Assembly (NCBI RefSeq): GCF_030144855.1
Contig: NC_082707.1
Location: forward strand, 164,362,001-164,426,000
DNA: 64,000 nt
Direction: 5' to 3'
Origin: Hypanus sabinus
Lineage: Eukaryota
The stretch's first letter is position 1; each line of letters opens with the position of its first letter. The translations under genes and the position numbers were made by a program. The notes below the pieces were generated by a model. The model did not search any database, was not told where the DNA came from, and was given only the letters and a program-made list of their open reading frames with translations. Positions 37,460 through 50,975 of this stretch are shown piece by piece.

Positions 37460-39607
37460 CCTAGTGACATGGTGGGTGTGTTCCTGAAGACACACCTGGA
37501 GAATCATGGAGAAGATTAAGATGTCATCTAAATAAACAAGCATGAAGCGGTTAATAAAATCTCTAAGGACATTGTTTATCAGGGCTTGGAAAATGGCGGA
37601 GGCATTGGTGAGGCCAAATAGCATGACCAGGTATTTGAAGTGACCAAGAGGGGTGCTGAATGCTGCTTTCCACTCATCTCCCACTCTTATCCTGACCAGA
37701 TGATAGGCACTTCATAGGTCCAACTTGGAGAAGATGGTGACTCCGTAAAGTGGTTCAAAAGCAGAGTTAAGAAGGGCCAGTGGATATTTGTACTTTATGG
37801 TTATGCTATTTAGCCCTTGGTAGTCAATGCAGGGGCACAGTGAACCGTCTTTCTTCTCCACAAAGAAGAAACCTGCGCCAACAGGGGAGGATGAGGGTCG
37901 GATAATACCTGCTGTTGGGGAGTCATTTAGGTAGGCCTCCATTGCTTCCCTTTCTGGCTGGGACAGGTTATACAGACAACTGGTGGGTAGAGGAGCTCAA
38001 TAGGAGAAGGGAGAAGGTCAATAGCACAATCACAAGGGAGGTGTGGAGGCAGGGAAAGAGCCCATTGTTTGCTGAACACTTCTCCCAGATCATGGTACTC
38101 TGATGGAACCTTGAATAAGTCGGGGGTTTCAGCAGCAGGTGAGGTCACGGTGACTCTCTCAGGGGAAAGAGCTGATTGAAGACAAGTGGAGTGACAAAAC
38201 GGACTCCAGCTGGCTATCTTTCCAGTGGACCAGTCAAAGTGAGGACTATGGCGTACCAACCAGGGATACCCAAGAACTATAGGAGCTTGAGGAGAGGAAA
38301 TTAAGTTAAATTGTAGCTGCTCCCGGTGGTTCCCGGAGAGAATTAGAGATGGGGTGGTGTGCAGTGTGTGACCTGGGCCAGAAGTCTGCCGTCTAATACG
38401 CGGGATTCCAGAGGGGTACTCAATGGCTCCCAAGAAATTCCAGCCCAGGAAGTTATCCAGAAGGTTTCCCTCAGCACCGGAGTCCACTAGAGCTGACAGA
38501 GGCAGGGATTGTTGGTTGTAACATAAAGTAGTAGGGATCTGCATCCGGGTTCGGGGGACGGAAGGGAATGCTGTCTGGCTCACCGGGAGTGTGCCTCCCC
38601 TTTTGGCCAAAGGTGACAGGTAGCATGGAAGTGGCCAGACTGGCCATAATAGAGACATTCCCCAGCTCTGAATCTCTGAACTCACTCTGTGGGAGAAAGA
38701 CTGTAACGTCCCAGTTGCATGGGTTCCTCTCCAGGGCGATTGAAACGGCCAGGCTGGGAGCTATTCTAGGGGCAGGAGGAGAAGCGAGACTTGTGCTAAT
38801 GGGAGATGGTAATGAGTGCCGTGGAGTGGCCAAAGGTGGAAGACGACCAGGTCTCTCCCTATGGTTCTCGGAGAAGATTGCCCAACCTGGTGACTAGGGA
38901 GATTAAGGAATCCAGGTTGTTGGTGTCATCTCTTACCATCAACTCATCTTTCTCCTCGCTGCCGAGACCATCCAGAAATACCTCTTGGAGTGCCTTGTTG
39001 TTCCACCCCGAGTCGGACACTAATGTCCAGAACTCCACGGAATACTTGGCAACGCTGCGTGAGCCCTGATGGAGAGAGAGTAGACGCTTAACAGCATCTT
39101 TATCATGGACAGGGTGGTCAAAGATCTTTCTCATTTCTATGATAAAGGTGGGGAAAGAAGAGCAGATATCTGGTTGATTATCCCAATCAGCTGTAGCCCA
39201 CGCTAAGGCACTTCCCCGCAACAACCCCATAATATAAGCTATCTTCGACTTGTCCATGGATGAATGCTGATTGAACACCAAGGAGCATTGCAGAAAGAAG
39301 GCCTGGCACTTCCCCACATCCCCAGTGTAGTGGTCTGGTTCAGGTATGTGCGGCTCTCTTGGCAGGGGTGTTGCTAACACGTATTGGGTTGCCACTACAG
39401 ACTGTCTGGATTGGTTTGACAGACTTCCAGGAGTGAATGGGTTAAGGTTAGTGGATACACAGTCCACCTGGTCACCGATCTTCGTTATGTTAGTGGACAG
39501 GCATGGAGGTTCTCCACGACATCCTGGAGAAGTTGATCGTGCAGATCCAATAGGGAGCCCTGGCTGGCGAGGGCTTGTTGCAGGGTCTTCATGTCCACTG
39601 GGTTCAT
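37460..39607 (-). pseudogene. Sushi-type gag-protease-RT remnant (PEG10/RTL1-like lineage), frameshifted
   Basis: ATG at 39607; LLRGSALAWATA gag; [14 protein letters not shown] knuckle; [10 protein letters not shown]; [18 protein letters not shown]; YLDDILIFS. Confidence 0.92.
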
Positions 39608-39623
39608 ATTGGCCAGTTCATTC

Positions 39624-40907
39624 TATTGCAATGAAACATGGTGAATGAGGCGAACCCAAGTGCAGGACACAGGCACGGAGATTTAGTTTGGATGCTTACA
39701 CAGGCATAAGCGCTGAACAGCAAACAGAAGGGATCTTGACATGGAGCCTTGACACGGAGAGACAGAGTCTTATAGGTAAACCTAGAAACTGGAGCTAAGC
39801 TTAGAACAAACAGTTCTGAGCGTTTGGGAAATGTAGCTATCTCATAGGAAAGAAACCAACGATCTGGCGACTAGTGGTCGTGACGCCAGGGTTCTTATGC
39901 TGCAGTTCTTGATGGAACCAGGTGTGCTAACATCAAAGCGAACTAGAAGCAATTGGGAAATTAACAGTCAGAACCATAGAACCATAGAACATCAGAGCAC
40001 AGAAACAGACCTTTTGGCCCGTCTTGGCTGTGCTGAACCATTTTTCTGCCTAGTCCCACTGACCTGCACCTGGACCATATCCCTCCATACACCTCTCATC
40101 CACGCACCTGTCCAAGTTTTTCTTAAATGTTAAAAGTGAGCCCACATTTACCACTTCATCTGACAGCTCATTTCATACTCCCACCACTCTCTGTGTGAAG
40201 AAGTCCCCCCTAATGTTCCCTTTTAACTTTTTCCCCTTCACCCTTAACCCATGTCCTCTGTTTTTTTTCTCCCCTAACCTCAGTGGGAAAAAGCCTGCTT
40301 GCATTCATTCTATCTATACCCATCATAATTTTATACACCTCTATCAAATCTCCCCTCATTCTTCTACGGTCCAGGGAATAAAGTCCTAACCTATTCAACC
40401 TTTCTCTCTAAATCAGTTTCTCAAGTCCCGATAACATCCTTGTAAACCTTCTCTGCACTCTTTCAACCTGATTAATATCCTTCCTGTAATTTGGTGACCA
40501 AAACTGCACACAATACTCCAAATTCAGCCTCACCAGTGCCTTATGCAACCTCACCATGGCATTCCAACTCTTATACTCAATACTTTGATTTATAAAGGCC
40601 AATGTACCAAAAGTTTTCTTTACTACCCTATCTACCTGTGATGCCACTTTTAGCGAAGTTTGTATCTGTATTCCCAGATCCCTCTGTTCTATTGCACTCC
40701 TCGGTGCCCTACCATTTACCCTGTATGTTCTACCTTGGCTTTTTCTTCCAAAGTGCAATACTTCACACTTGTCTGTATTAAACTCCATCTGCCATTTTTT
40801 CACCCATTTTTCCAGCTGGTCCAGATCCCTCTGCAAGCTTTGAAAACCATGGCACAATCAAAGGAAATTAGGAGCAAGATAGGGAATTAACGATCGGGAC
40901 CATGACA
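39624..40907 (-). repeat. 5' LTR of the Sushi-type element, interrupted by CR1 (39978-40844)
   Basis: Starts TGTCATGG at 40907 and ends GCAATA at 39624; GGTTA flank. Confidence 0.88.
39978..40844 (-). mobile_element. CR1 LINE 3' part
   Basis: WQMEFNTDKCEVLHFG, LEYCVQFWSPNYRKD; tagaacca tail. Confidence 0.92.
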
Positions 40908-40999
40908 TAACCATCTTCACTTTCCAAAGATTAAAGGACGTATTCATGAATGTCAGATGACAATTTAAAAGACTTTGGCATCATCAACTTTGATGCCAC

Positions 41000-41990
41000 T
41001 GATTAGATTTGCTAGCATACCTGAAACCCATGGGACGTATAAGGGCATAGCAGCAAATTTTAAAGTTGTTTAGAGAGTGGAAAACACGGTGAGGTGGTCT
41101 CCTGTTTTGTGGATCAGATGAAGTACCGAATGGAGCTCCCCATTTTTCAGTACTGGACCATGGCAATTTTTGATGTACATTCTGATTTTCATTTGGGAAA
41201 AGAGCATGCCACTGTGAAATATGAATTTGATTCAAAATCCGGAAATCATGAGAAAAGTAGTAATAGTTTTCAAGAGAACATTGTCCAGGTTGTTGAAAGG
41301 GATGGCAGGTGAAATTCCTATTGAGGAGATATTCTATTGGTAGGAAGGATAAAGGAAAGTAATACAACATTACATAAGAATTTTTCTTTTACAGGCTGTG
41401 AGAAGAACAGTGTTGGAAGGGTACTCAACCAAGAAGATCTAAAGATAACAAAGGCCTACAAAACAGCTCATGTGGCATCCTGAGATTTAAAAGGAGACAC
41501 AGAACAAATATGAACCTGTTGAGCGGGAAGTTTTTTGTTCCATGCTGTTTGAATCTATAACTTGGAAGTTATGCTAATACCATATAAGATGCCCCAGGTG
41601 CCCAGCACTACCTGTCAGATACAACAGTGAAGTGATGCCTTTGGAAAGAGCACTGAACTGCTTTCAAAAAGTAAAACATTAAAGGCTGGCTGGGGAAACT
41701 TGGATTATTTTCTTTTGAGCAGAGGAATAGCTTTGATAGCAGCAGTTAAAGTAATGCAAGTTTTAGACAGAATGAAATAAAGAGCAATTAGTTGTGAGGC
41801 TCAAAGGTCAATAACCAAAGAGTATGGATTTAAGGTGCTTTGCAAAAGAGGAGTCAATATAATTGTTAAATAGGGTGTGATAAAACTTGAAGGAGCAAAA
41901 AAGCAAGAATTTGGTTAAAGAGAAGAGGCAGGAGATAATTTAGATTGCTCTTAAAATATATGTTGTCTGCTCAGTAGACTGAATGGCACC
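41000..41990 (+). mobile_element. Highly degenerate CR1 LINE
   Basis: Scattered CR1 RT/3' motifs (gtactggacc, tggattattttcttttgagcagagg, ctgaatggcacctcc). Confidence 0.4.
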
Positions 41991-42464
41991 TCCCCGTACT
42001 TTGCAATTCTATGACTCAATGCATGCAAAAAAATGATAATTTTTCTCTATTATATCTTGTCACTGAAAAACAAAAGCAGAAAGTGAAATAAGACCCATCA
42101 AACAATTGCACCCAGACTCGGGAGTACTTAGCACTAATTTAACTTAAACTCAAAGAACACCTGACAGTCTGTGACTTCTCAATATAAAGCACTGTACTAA
42201 CCTACTTCTAGAACAGAAAATATTTTCTGTTATTTTTTCAAAAAAATGTTGAACTCCTTCAGACAGGATTGCATTGAGTGTTTGGAGAAAAATGCATAAA
42301 TACTCTAGATACCTGTATACTTTTATTTTTAAAATTAGGGTTCTGTACTTTCATACACCTCCATTCATTTAGAACATGTACTGAATGAACTAATAAGGCT
42401 GTTAACCACTTTGAGTCTCCGCTAGTGTTTCTGGAATGGTCAGTAGATGATGTACAACAGTCCA

Positions 42465-43270
42465 AAGGACCATAAGACATTAGAGCAGAATTAGGCCATC
42501 TGGCCCATGAAGTCTGCTCCGCCTTCAATCATGGTTGATCATTTTTAAAAAATCTCCTCCTTTACCCTGGTTCCTGGCCTTCTCGTAACATTTGATGCCA
42601 TGTCCATTCAAAAACCTATCAATCTCTGTCTTAATTACACCCAACGACCTGGCCTCCACTACTACATGAACAAATTCCACAAATTCACCACCATTTGGCT
42701 AAAGAAATTTCTTTGCATCTCTGTTTTGAAAGGGCACCCCTCTATCCTGAGGTTGTGCCCTCTTGTCCTAGACTCTCCTACCATGGGAAACATCCTTTCC
42801 ACATCTACTCTGTCTAGGCCTTTCAACATTCGAAAGGTTTCAATGAGATTCCCCCCCCCCCCCACCCCTGCAATCCTTCTGAATTCCAGTGAGTACAGAC
42901 TCGGAACCATCAAACGTTCCTCATATGATAACCCTTTCATTCCTGGAATCATCCTTGTGAACCTCCTCTCCAATGCCAGCACATCTTTTCTAAGATGAGC
43001 GGCACAAAACTGTTCACAATACTCATGGTGAGGCCTCAGCAGTGTCTTATAAAGCCTTAGCCATCACATCCTTGCTCTTGTATTCTAGACCTCTTGAAAT
43101 GAATGCTGACATGGCATTTGCCTTCCTCACCACCAACTCAACCTGCAAGTTAACCTTCCGGGTGTTCTGCATGAGGACTCCCAAGTCCCTCTGTATTGTC
43201 AGATTCCTGGATTTTGTCCCCATTTAGAAAATCGTCTGCACATTTATTTCTACTACCAAAGTGCATGACC
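42465..43270 (-). mobile_element. CR1 LINE 3' part
   Basis: RRFTRMIPGMKGLSYEERL, ESRTRGHNLRIEG. Confidence 0.9.
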
Positions 43271-45244
43271 AGTCAGCAGATGATAACTAACCTTAGTATT
43301 TCCTCTCACTTGGCAGGTGCAGAACCCGAGCATAAGACATAAGGGTCTGTGATGCTGTTGATTCAGGCAACTTCCTATTTTATTGAACTCTCCTCTCTAT
43401 GTACTTCTGAAACATTAGGAGACAGTTCTGCAACTTTGAAAGGCATGTGAATCTGTTTCAATTTCTTCTAATTGATTCATCTCCAGTCTATTATTAGGGA
43501 GTGCATAGAGAAGCTTCAGAGGATAGACACGTTAGGGTGGCAGAGGGTTTTAATATTTATTGTGGTGTCCTAAAGAGAAGGGAATTCAGATAAAAGGAAA
43601 CTGTCTATGATGCAGATCCAATATCCTTTCCAGTGTTTCAATGTCTTAAAAAAACTCAATGTTAAAGGAAGTTATTGAAGAATTTTTTTATATAAGTTCC
43701 CTCTTATGCAAAACATTGTGTGATAGGGGCTGACAGTGCCAACAGATTACTAGTGCCTCATTTTTGCTGTTCTTGACATGCAAGCCTAAGTAGAGACAGT
43801 TTGATAGTGAAAGATATCACAGAGAAAGAATTCATCTTGGGAATTTGTGCATATGGAGCAGCTGTGAAATTCACAAAATTTTAAATTCACTTCAATGGAG
43901 AAGAAACCTATTGGGTTTCCAATTGATTTTTGCCAGTCTTGTGCCATTGCCCAGAACAAGCGCACAGCAAAGGTCAAACCAAGCTCATTTGGCGCCCCTG
44001 CAAACTATCTTCTTGGAAACACCACCGGAGCAGGGGTTATAGCTGTTTCCTGTTCCCAATCCTTTTGCAGCATATTCAGCATTACTCAAATATTCTCTGA
44101 GCTGATTTGAGTGGCTGGTTGGCTCATCATATGTCTCTTCAGGAAACACATCTGCCACAGTTAGTAGTCCCAAGTGGTCTCCCAAGCAAGTGCTGACTAT
44201 GTCTGAGTCCGTGCAACTAGAAACACACAGGGAACACAAAGGGGAATGTTAATCTGTTGTTCTTGTAATTTATCAGTCAGCTGGGATCAACTGAAGCCAC
44301 ATCTGATGCCTTTTTGCTCCCTTCAATCACCACTATCCTTTCTAATCTTACAGAGAGCAATCACAGAACTTGTGATCTTCCTGATCACTTCTGTCTATTG
44401 TCTTGTGCCAGGAATTTAAACTGCTGAGTCCCAGGAAGAACCGAAGTGAGGGAAAAGATATGAAAAAGAATCTTTACCTCTCTCCATGTGGGGTATTCCA
44501 GAAGTGGATGTACGACTGCATGATATTGGATCTGAATGTGGCTCATGGAGTAATCATTCTCAGTTTTTTTTTGTTTTGTGTATGGCTCCTAAAGTCATTT
44601 TGGTAATGTTTAAATTTTCATTCTCTGCTTTACTTTCACTGTTTGAATGAAGAGGTATAACAGTGGAGGGGCCACGCTGAGCATTCTCATGACCAATGAA
44701 AATAATCCTGTCAAGAAGTGATATGACTGGAGTTCCCAAATTGTTCCTTGGGGCACAGTCAATGTATAAATATTGTTTACAATATTTATGTCGTAGCTGC
44801 TTGGTAACAGCTTTGTGGAAAATCCTATAGACAGCAAATAGAATGCATACTTAAGGATATGGAGGTAATATTTAAAAGGTAATACTTAAAGAAAATTATA
44901 ATGATTTTTCATGAGAATGTGGGCTGTGACAAGAATTGTACACTTCATTGTTGTTAGTAATAGCACTCTCATGGTCATGGTTCTGCATTCACATTTATGT
45001 TGAATCTCAATAGGTACTGCACCATTTTGCAGTTTGTGTGATAAAATGTCACCTTACACTCGGAAATGTCTCACTGATGTTTTTAAGATTTGATGCAGCA
45101 TGTGACTTTACTCCTTATCTGGGTATTAGCTGATGTACCGAAAGGTGGGCTCTGTAGAGAGACACAGGAAAGGCAGGTGAAACCCCAATTCTTTCAGCAT
45201 TTACAGTAGGATGAATGAACATCTTCTGTGGTAAAATATCCAGT

Positions 45245-45845
45245 CAGAATCAGGTTTATTATCACCGGCATATGGTGTGAAATTTGTTAACTTAGCAGCA
45301 GTACAATGCAATACTTAATATAGAAAATAAAAACAAAATAAAGTAATAATAATAAATAAGTAAAGCAATGACAATATATGTATATTGAATAGATTAAAAA
45401 TCATGCAAAAAAACAGAAATAATATATATTTTAAAAGTGAGGTAGTGTTCAAGGGTTCAATGTCCATTTAGGAATCAGATGGCAGAGGGGAAGAGGCTGT
45501 TCCTGAATCACTGAGTGTGTGCCTTCAGGCTTCTGTACCTCTTACATGATGGTAACAATGAGAAAAGTGCATGCCCTGGGTGCTGGAGGTTCTTAATAAT
45601 GGGCATTGCCTTTCTGAGACACCACTCCCTAAAGATGTTCTGGGTACTTTGTAGGCTAGTGCCCAAGATGGAGCTGACTAGATTTACAACAGCTTCTTCG
45701 ATCCTGTGCAGTAGCGCATGTCCCCCCCACCACCACCCCACATACCAGACAGTGATGCAGCCTGTCAGAATGCTCTCCACGGTACATCTATAGAATTTTT
45801 TGACACACTAAATCTCTTCAAACTCCTAATGAAGTATAGTCAACA
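45245..45845 (-). mobile_element. Rex1/Babar 3' end
   Basis: ESILTGCITVWY, HPGHALFSLLPS; same subfamily as 16440-17372. Confidence 0.88.
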
Positions 45846-48800
45846 GGTTACACTTTGAAGGGGCAAAACTCATTGTTTGAGATTCCTCTAACAGAAAGAA
45901 ACAAGGAAAGAAACACATAGTTCAAGGGAAAAGACAATATTTGTATAAAATTCTCATAAAATAGAAGAGATAACTGGCAATGATAATATTTCATGATCTT
46001 GGGATATGTCATGGCATGAAGACAAAAAGGAATCTGGTGCAAACAACAATGTTGGAAGAACAACAACAGTGGATCAAGTAGACAAAATGTGTAAATTGAC
46101 ATTATGGATTATGAATCAGGACTGAGAGGAAAGATCCATAGTAAATAGCAGTATGTGGTGTATAGTGGCATAGAGACTGATAAATGAGAAATTAAACCAG
46201 ACTGGGAGGGGATGAGTTCATTGAACGAGTGCATTGAACGAGGGAACTAGAAGGGATTGGGAGAAGTGACTCTATGCATTAGTTGTTCACCTCTCACCCC
46301 ACCAGCTTCCTCCTCTACCAGTAGAACTCCTTTGCATTCTTCATCTGATGGAGCTGCCCCATCCAAAGGTCCACACACCGCAAGAGCAGGTGCTTAGACT
46401 GGCCTTCACAGGCCTCTGACCATTTTTCAGCTGAAAGAAGCCTACATCTTGCACTGGTTGCTCTGGCCCAGTGACATTTCAGCCTTATGAATAACCAAAG
46501 CAAAGCACATTTCTCTTGCAATATTATGGAACTCTGGCAAAGAGATCAGAAATAATCCTGACTCCAATAACTTACCAAAGCAAACAAATCACACGTTCAA
46601 AATTTTTGTGATGTTTGCAAGTACACAAAGTAAAATAAGTTTATGAATTAATTAGTGAAGAATGTTCTAATTCACAGAGAGGGCATGTTCTAAGTCACTT
46701 GATAATGTTTCTTTAAGGATGTTCACAAGTTATTTCATACTTGATGTTTAGCTCACCACTTATTGCTGATTCTAGCCAACAACCCAAATAAGCTTTTCAC
46801 TCTGTATTCTCCTGTTGAGCAACATGAAATGCGATGCGATGTTACCCTTCCATAAAAAACATTGAGATTTCATATCCTTCGCAATATCAATATTGCTCTT
46901 GTACTTAACAAGTGACTAAGATTCCTGCCCCTTGCCTTTGTACACAATGAACTTTATTTTCCTTTAGAGCATTTTGCCTCACTTTGCATTATGACCCGTC
47001 AGAGTAATCTGGCCATCAGCTTGTTGGAAAGGTGGAGGAACTCCAGGAGAACTAAGCAATGTGAGATTAGCACTTAGGAGAAACGTAATAGTCCACATTG
47101 GCTGCAGTTGACAGGCTGAAACGAGCCTCCAGGGTTAGCTATTCAAACTCATGCAAGTCCAACTGGCAGTTCAGAACATATTGAGAGCCATGAAAGTGGG
47201 TGTGAAACTGTCACCACACTCCGTAGCTGGATTGCCCGCAGAGTCCAGTTAACCGCCCAGCACCAGACTGAGTTAATAGGTGTCAGCTCTGTGACAAACC
47301 ATGAGCAGGATCTGAAACCATCAATCTCCATAGTAAGTCATTCCCTGCAGAATAACAGGAAAAGAAAATACATTAAAAAAAACAATACTTCTGCTTTAAC
47401 ATTCTTTCCACATTTCTAAGTGGCTTCATGTTTAAACTTGACTAATATTTCAATTTTTAATTCAAATTTAATTGTGTGACTTTCTTTGAACATGGTATCT
47501 TTGACAGAAGCCAAAGCTCTGCCCTCATCTTTGATTTCTGTCCAGACTATCTGAGTGTTCAACGGAGGGAAAACTGATCTATTCCCAGTCCCTGTCTGGA
47601 CCTTCCTGCTTGAATTAGGGTAGCAGAGGGTCAGTGAGATTGACTCTTCATATCTGCTTTAGATATGTATGCATGTGAGTAGACCACCTCAATTCATTCC
47701 TAAGTAGTGGAACAGGTCAAGTAATAATATGATTCTTTATTACTGATATCATGGTTGCTTAAGGGGGTGCAGGACAAATATTCTTTGTTTAACCTGTGCC
47801 CATGTGGTTCTGTGCTCATCTGCTAATATTACAATTATTACAACTGGTAACCCTGTGTCAAGTGTGGTGTTAGATATAGATGGTTTGATCACTCTTTTAA
47901 TTATTTGAACTTCAATTTGATCATTGTCAGCATCATGTAAAAACATTCAAAGTTTGAGAGCAAGTGTCATTTATGCAATGAAATGAAATGTGAACCGTCC
48001 CTCCATCCACCCTGGCAGATGAAATTCAAACTGGTACAAACTGTTCTGACAGGTTCACGTGCTTTAATCTTGACAAGAAAATTATCAACTTTTCAACCAT
48101 CTTTCCTAACATGTGGTCACTAAAATTACTAGTAGATTGGAAACCGTTTAATACAAAGTTGGTATTCATAAGGGTAATAAATTAACCACCAGCAGATAGA
48201 AATGTAATAATTTAACCCTAAATCTCTACAAAATGATGGAATTGAATAGAATAACTTGACAGTCTTGTGAATAGTAACAACCTAAAGAACACCAGCCAAC
48301 ACAAGTACAGCAAGAAAGGATCTCACCTGACAAATTTGTTTCATTATGGGGATTTCACAATCTGAGTTGACTTATGTAACCCTAATGATGATCTGCACCT
48401 TGGCTTCCAGTAGGTTGCTAACATTGATCTGGATTTTGCAGAGAGGGGTAACTGTCCAATCTATACCTTTACATCAATATGACACAATTATCTTGTCTTT
48501 ACCACTATGATTCATGAACACCTGAAGACTATTAAAAATGAAATAAATAACAACAAAAACAGGGTTAATGTTTTACTGGAAGTTCACTGGTCAGCATTGA
48601 GGAGTTGGTCTGAATAGCCTATTTTCCGTTCTAAATAATTAAAAATAATCTTAATTTTTTTTAACTTTTCTTCCTGGTAAGCGTAAACTCTCCAGAAGGG
48701 TTGCAAGTCATTGGATTCCACGCTGAGTGCAGGGCCAGAGTACAGTAAGGAAATCCCCAGTGAACAGAATCATACAATTCAAATCATCGGCATTCATGTG

Positions 48801-50589
48801 GTGCTGGGGAGAATATTGTCAAAAGGAAAAATAAGATATTGAAAGCTTTGGCAAACAATGATATCAGTATGGTCAATGCAATGGTTTACATGCCAGGATT
48901 ATAATTTTTCTTAAAATCAAACAAAGTGTGATCAAACATTTGGGACAAGTTTATTCTCCTGCATCTATAGCTATCTAAGAACTTCATTTGGTTTGCCCCA
49001 TTCAAAAAAAGCAATAATATGGCACGTTTCTGCTTAGTTAAGTAGGCAGGATTGTTTTCAAGGTACCTAGCAAATTTCCTAGCACCATTTTTGATAGTAC
49101 TTTAATTAGAACATTGGAAAAGGTGCTCTCTCAGAAGCTTTCTTCCTTGCAGTGTAGCTGTATTTTGCTTCACAATTAAAGCTATCGCTAATCCTTCAGT
49201 AGCCTCACCATCAAAAAGTCAAGGCATCAATAATCATCATCCTTCAGGAATGAGATTAATGCTTCACCTTTTAACTAGATCTAGACAATTCAGGTGTGTC
49301 AGTAAAGAAGAGCCAAGAGCTGATGCTCACCAAGTGCTTTCATTTAGAGTGTGACATTGTAGCTGTCTTCACTGCGGAAAATTAGCTCCTCACTCCGCTA
49401 CCAAATAAGCATTTTTAAAACAGTAATTTGGTTTACACCAGCAGATAAATCAGCTCTCTTGGGTCAGTGCAGAAATGGCAAGATAGGCAAGGGCTGCATT
49501 TCTTATCTCCAGCTGCAGGGCTTTCAATATGTGGAAAGAGAATATTGTTTTTTTTAAATAAGCTGTTCTCTAATTCATATTTCTAGAACACATATTTTGG
49601 ACAAAAAATCTCAACAGGTTTGCTCTTATCATTCCAATGTTGTGTCTCTATAGAAGGGTGTCAACACTTAGTTGTGGGATAGATTGCTGGAGTCCACGAC
49701 AACCCCAAAGCCATTCCTTCCATTGGCATCCAGAGCCAAGCTACAAGATAGACACCCTTGTGCTTCCAGATTTCACAGCTTCTAAACAATTATGGACAAT
49801 AATCTAAACATCTACTTTCAGCTTCATGTGGCAGAGGAGGCAGCTGAGGCAGATAAATTAAGAACATACCAAAAACACATGACAGATACATGCAAAGGGA
49901 AGTTTAAAGGGCTATGAGCCAAACGCAGGCAAATATGACTAGCTCAGATAGGAACTTTGATCAGTATAGGGCAGTTGGACTGAAAGACCAGTTTCTAAGC
50001 CATTTGACTCTATCCATCAGTAGGATGATCAATAGTAGTTCTCAGCTGAGGACTTGGGGTGAAACTGGTTCATGCGCTGCCTTTGTCTCTCCATTTTCTC
50101 CACTCACTGCTACAGGGACTAGTGAGTAGCAAACTGAATGCAGACCATACATTAACTTAGTCTCTGCAGAAGTGCTGACATGGGCTGATCAGTCCGTGGA
50201 ATTCCAAGCTCTACATCCTTCCCTTGGAACAGGAGGCTTTCCGTCCTCACTGTTTGATATCCAGGGGAGAAGTTATATATGGGCTTGGGAAAAGGTCCAA
50301 CTGAAGCTGCTGGGATGCGGCTGAAAGACCAGGAAAAGATGTGAGTGCTTTGCAAAGGGTATTTGAAGCGATGCATCAGCGTACAGATTGTGAAGGCACA
50401 CTCCATCAGGAACAAACAACAGGAGGAAAGTAAAGCTCCCAGAGGATCAGCCATAAGAGGACAACAGAATGCAAACATGGCAGTGATGGAAATAGAATAA
50501 CCAAAAATGCCATTTTAAAGATGTGACTCAGCTAGAGAGGAAACCCTGTAATCACCAGAGTTCCCCTGAAATTCCTAAGTAGGGACTGA

Positions 50590-50975
50590 ACTTTCAAGAC
50601 ATATGCAGACTGCTGTATCCCCTTATTTGACTTCATGTTGCAGTAATGTAGCAGTTCAGTTACCATACCTACAGCCAAATTCTGTTCATTAATTTTGAAA
50701 ACATGAGCTGAAATCCCACCATAGCAACTGGGGAATTTAAATTTAAAGTAATTCATCGAAGCTGACAATAAGAACCATGAAACCACTGGATTGTAAAAAC
50801 ATAATCATCTTCTCTAATGTCCTTCAGAGAAGAAAATCTGCTGCCCTTAACAGGTCTGACCCAATAGTGACACCAAACCACCAATGTGGTTGACTCTTAA
50901 TGGCCTCCTCAGTTCAGGGATGGACTATAAATGCTGAGTTTTACAGTGATGTTCACAGTCCATCAATGAATTTAA
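50590..50975 (+). mobile_element. Old SINE/LINE-related interspersed repeat
   Basis: aaatcccaccatagcaactggggaatttaaattt..., ending in the shared ataaatgctg 3' motif. Confidence 0.4.

Noticed and set aside
37460-39607. Domesticated PEG10/RTL1-like gene
   Set aside because: Multiple frameshifts, a broken CCHC knuckle and flanking LTRs indicate a decayed transposon.
43786-44239. Cys-rich ORFs suggesting a zinc-finger exon
   Set aside because: Cys/His spacing fits no RING/PHD pattern, frames close quickly, and there are no clear splice sites.
50170-50340. Possible coding exon (ctgcag...gtgagt)
   Set aside because: All three frames contain stops and the acceptor tract is weak.
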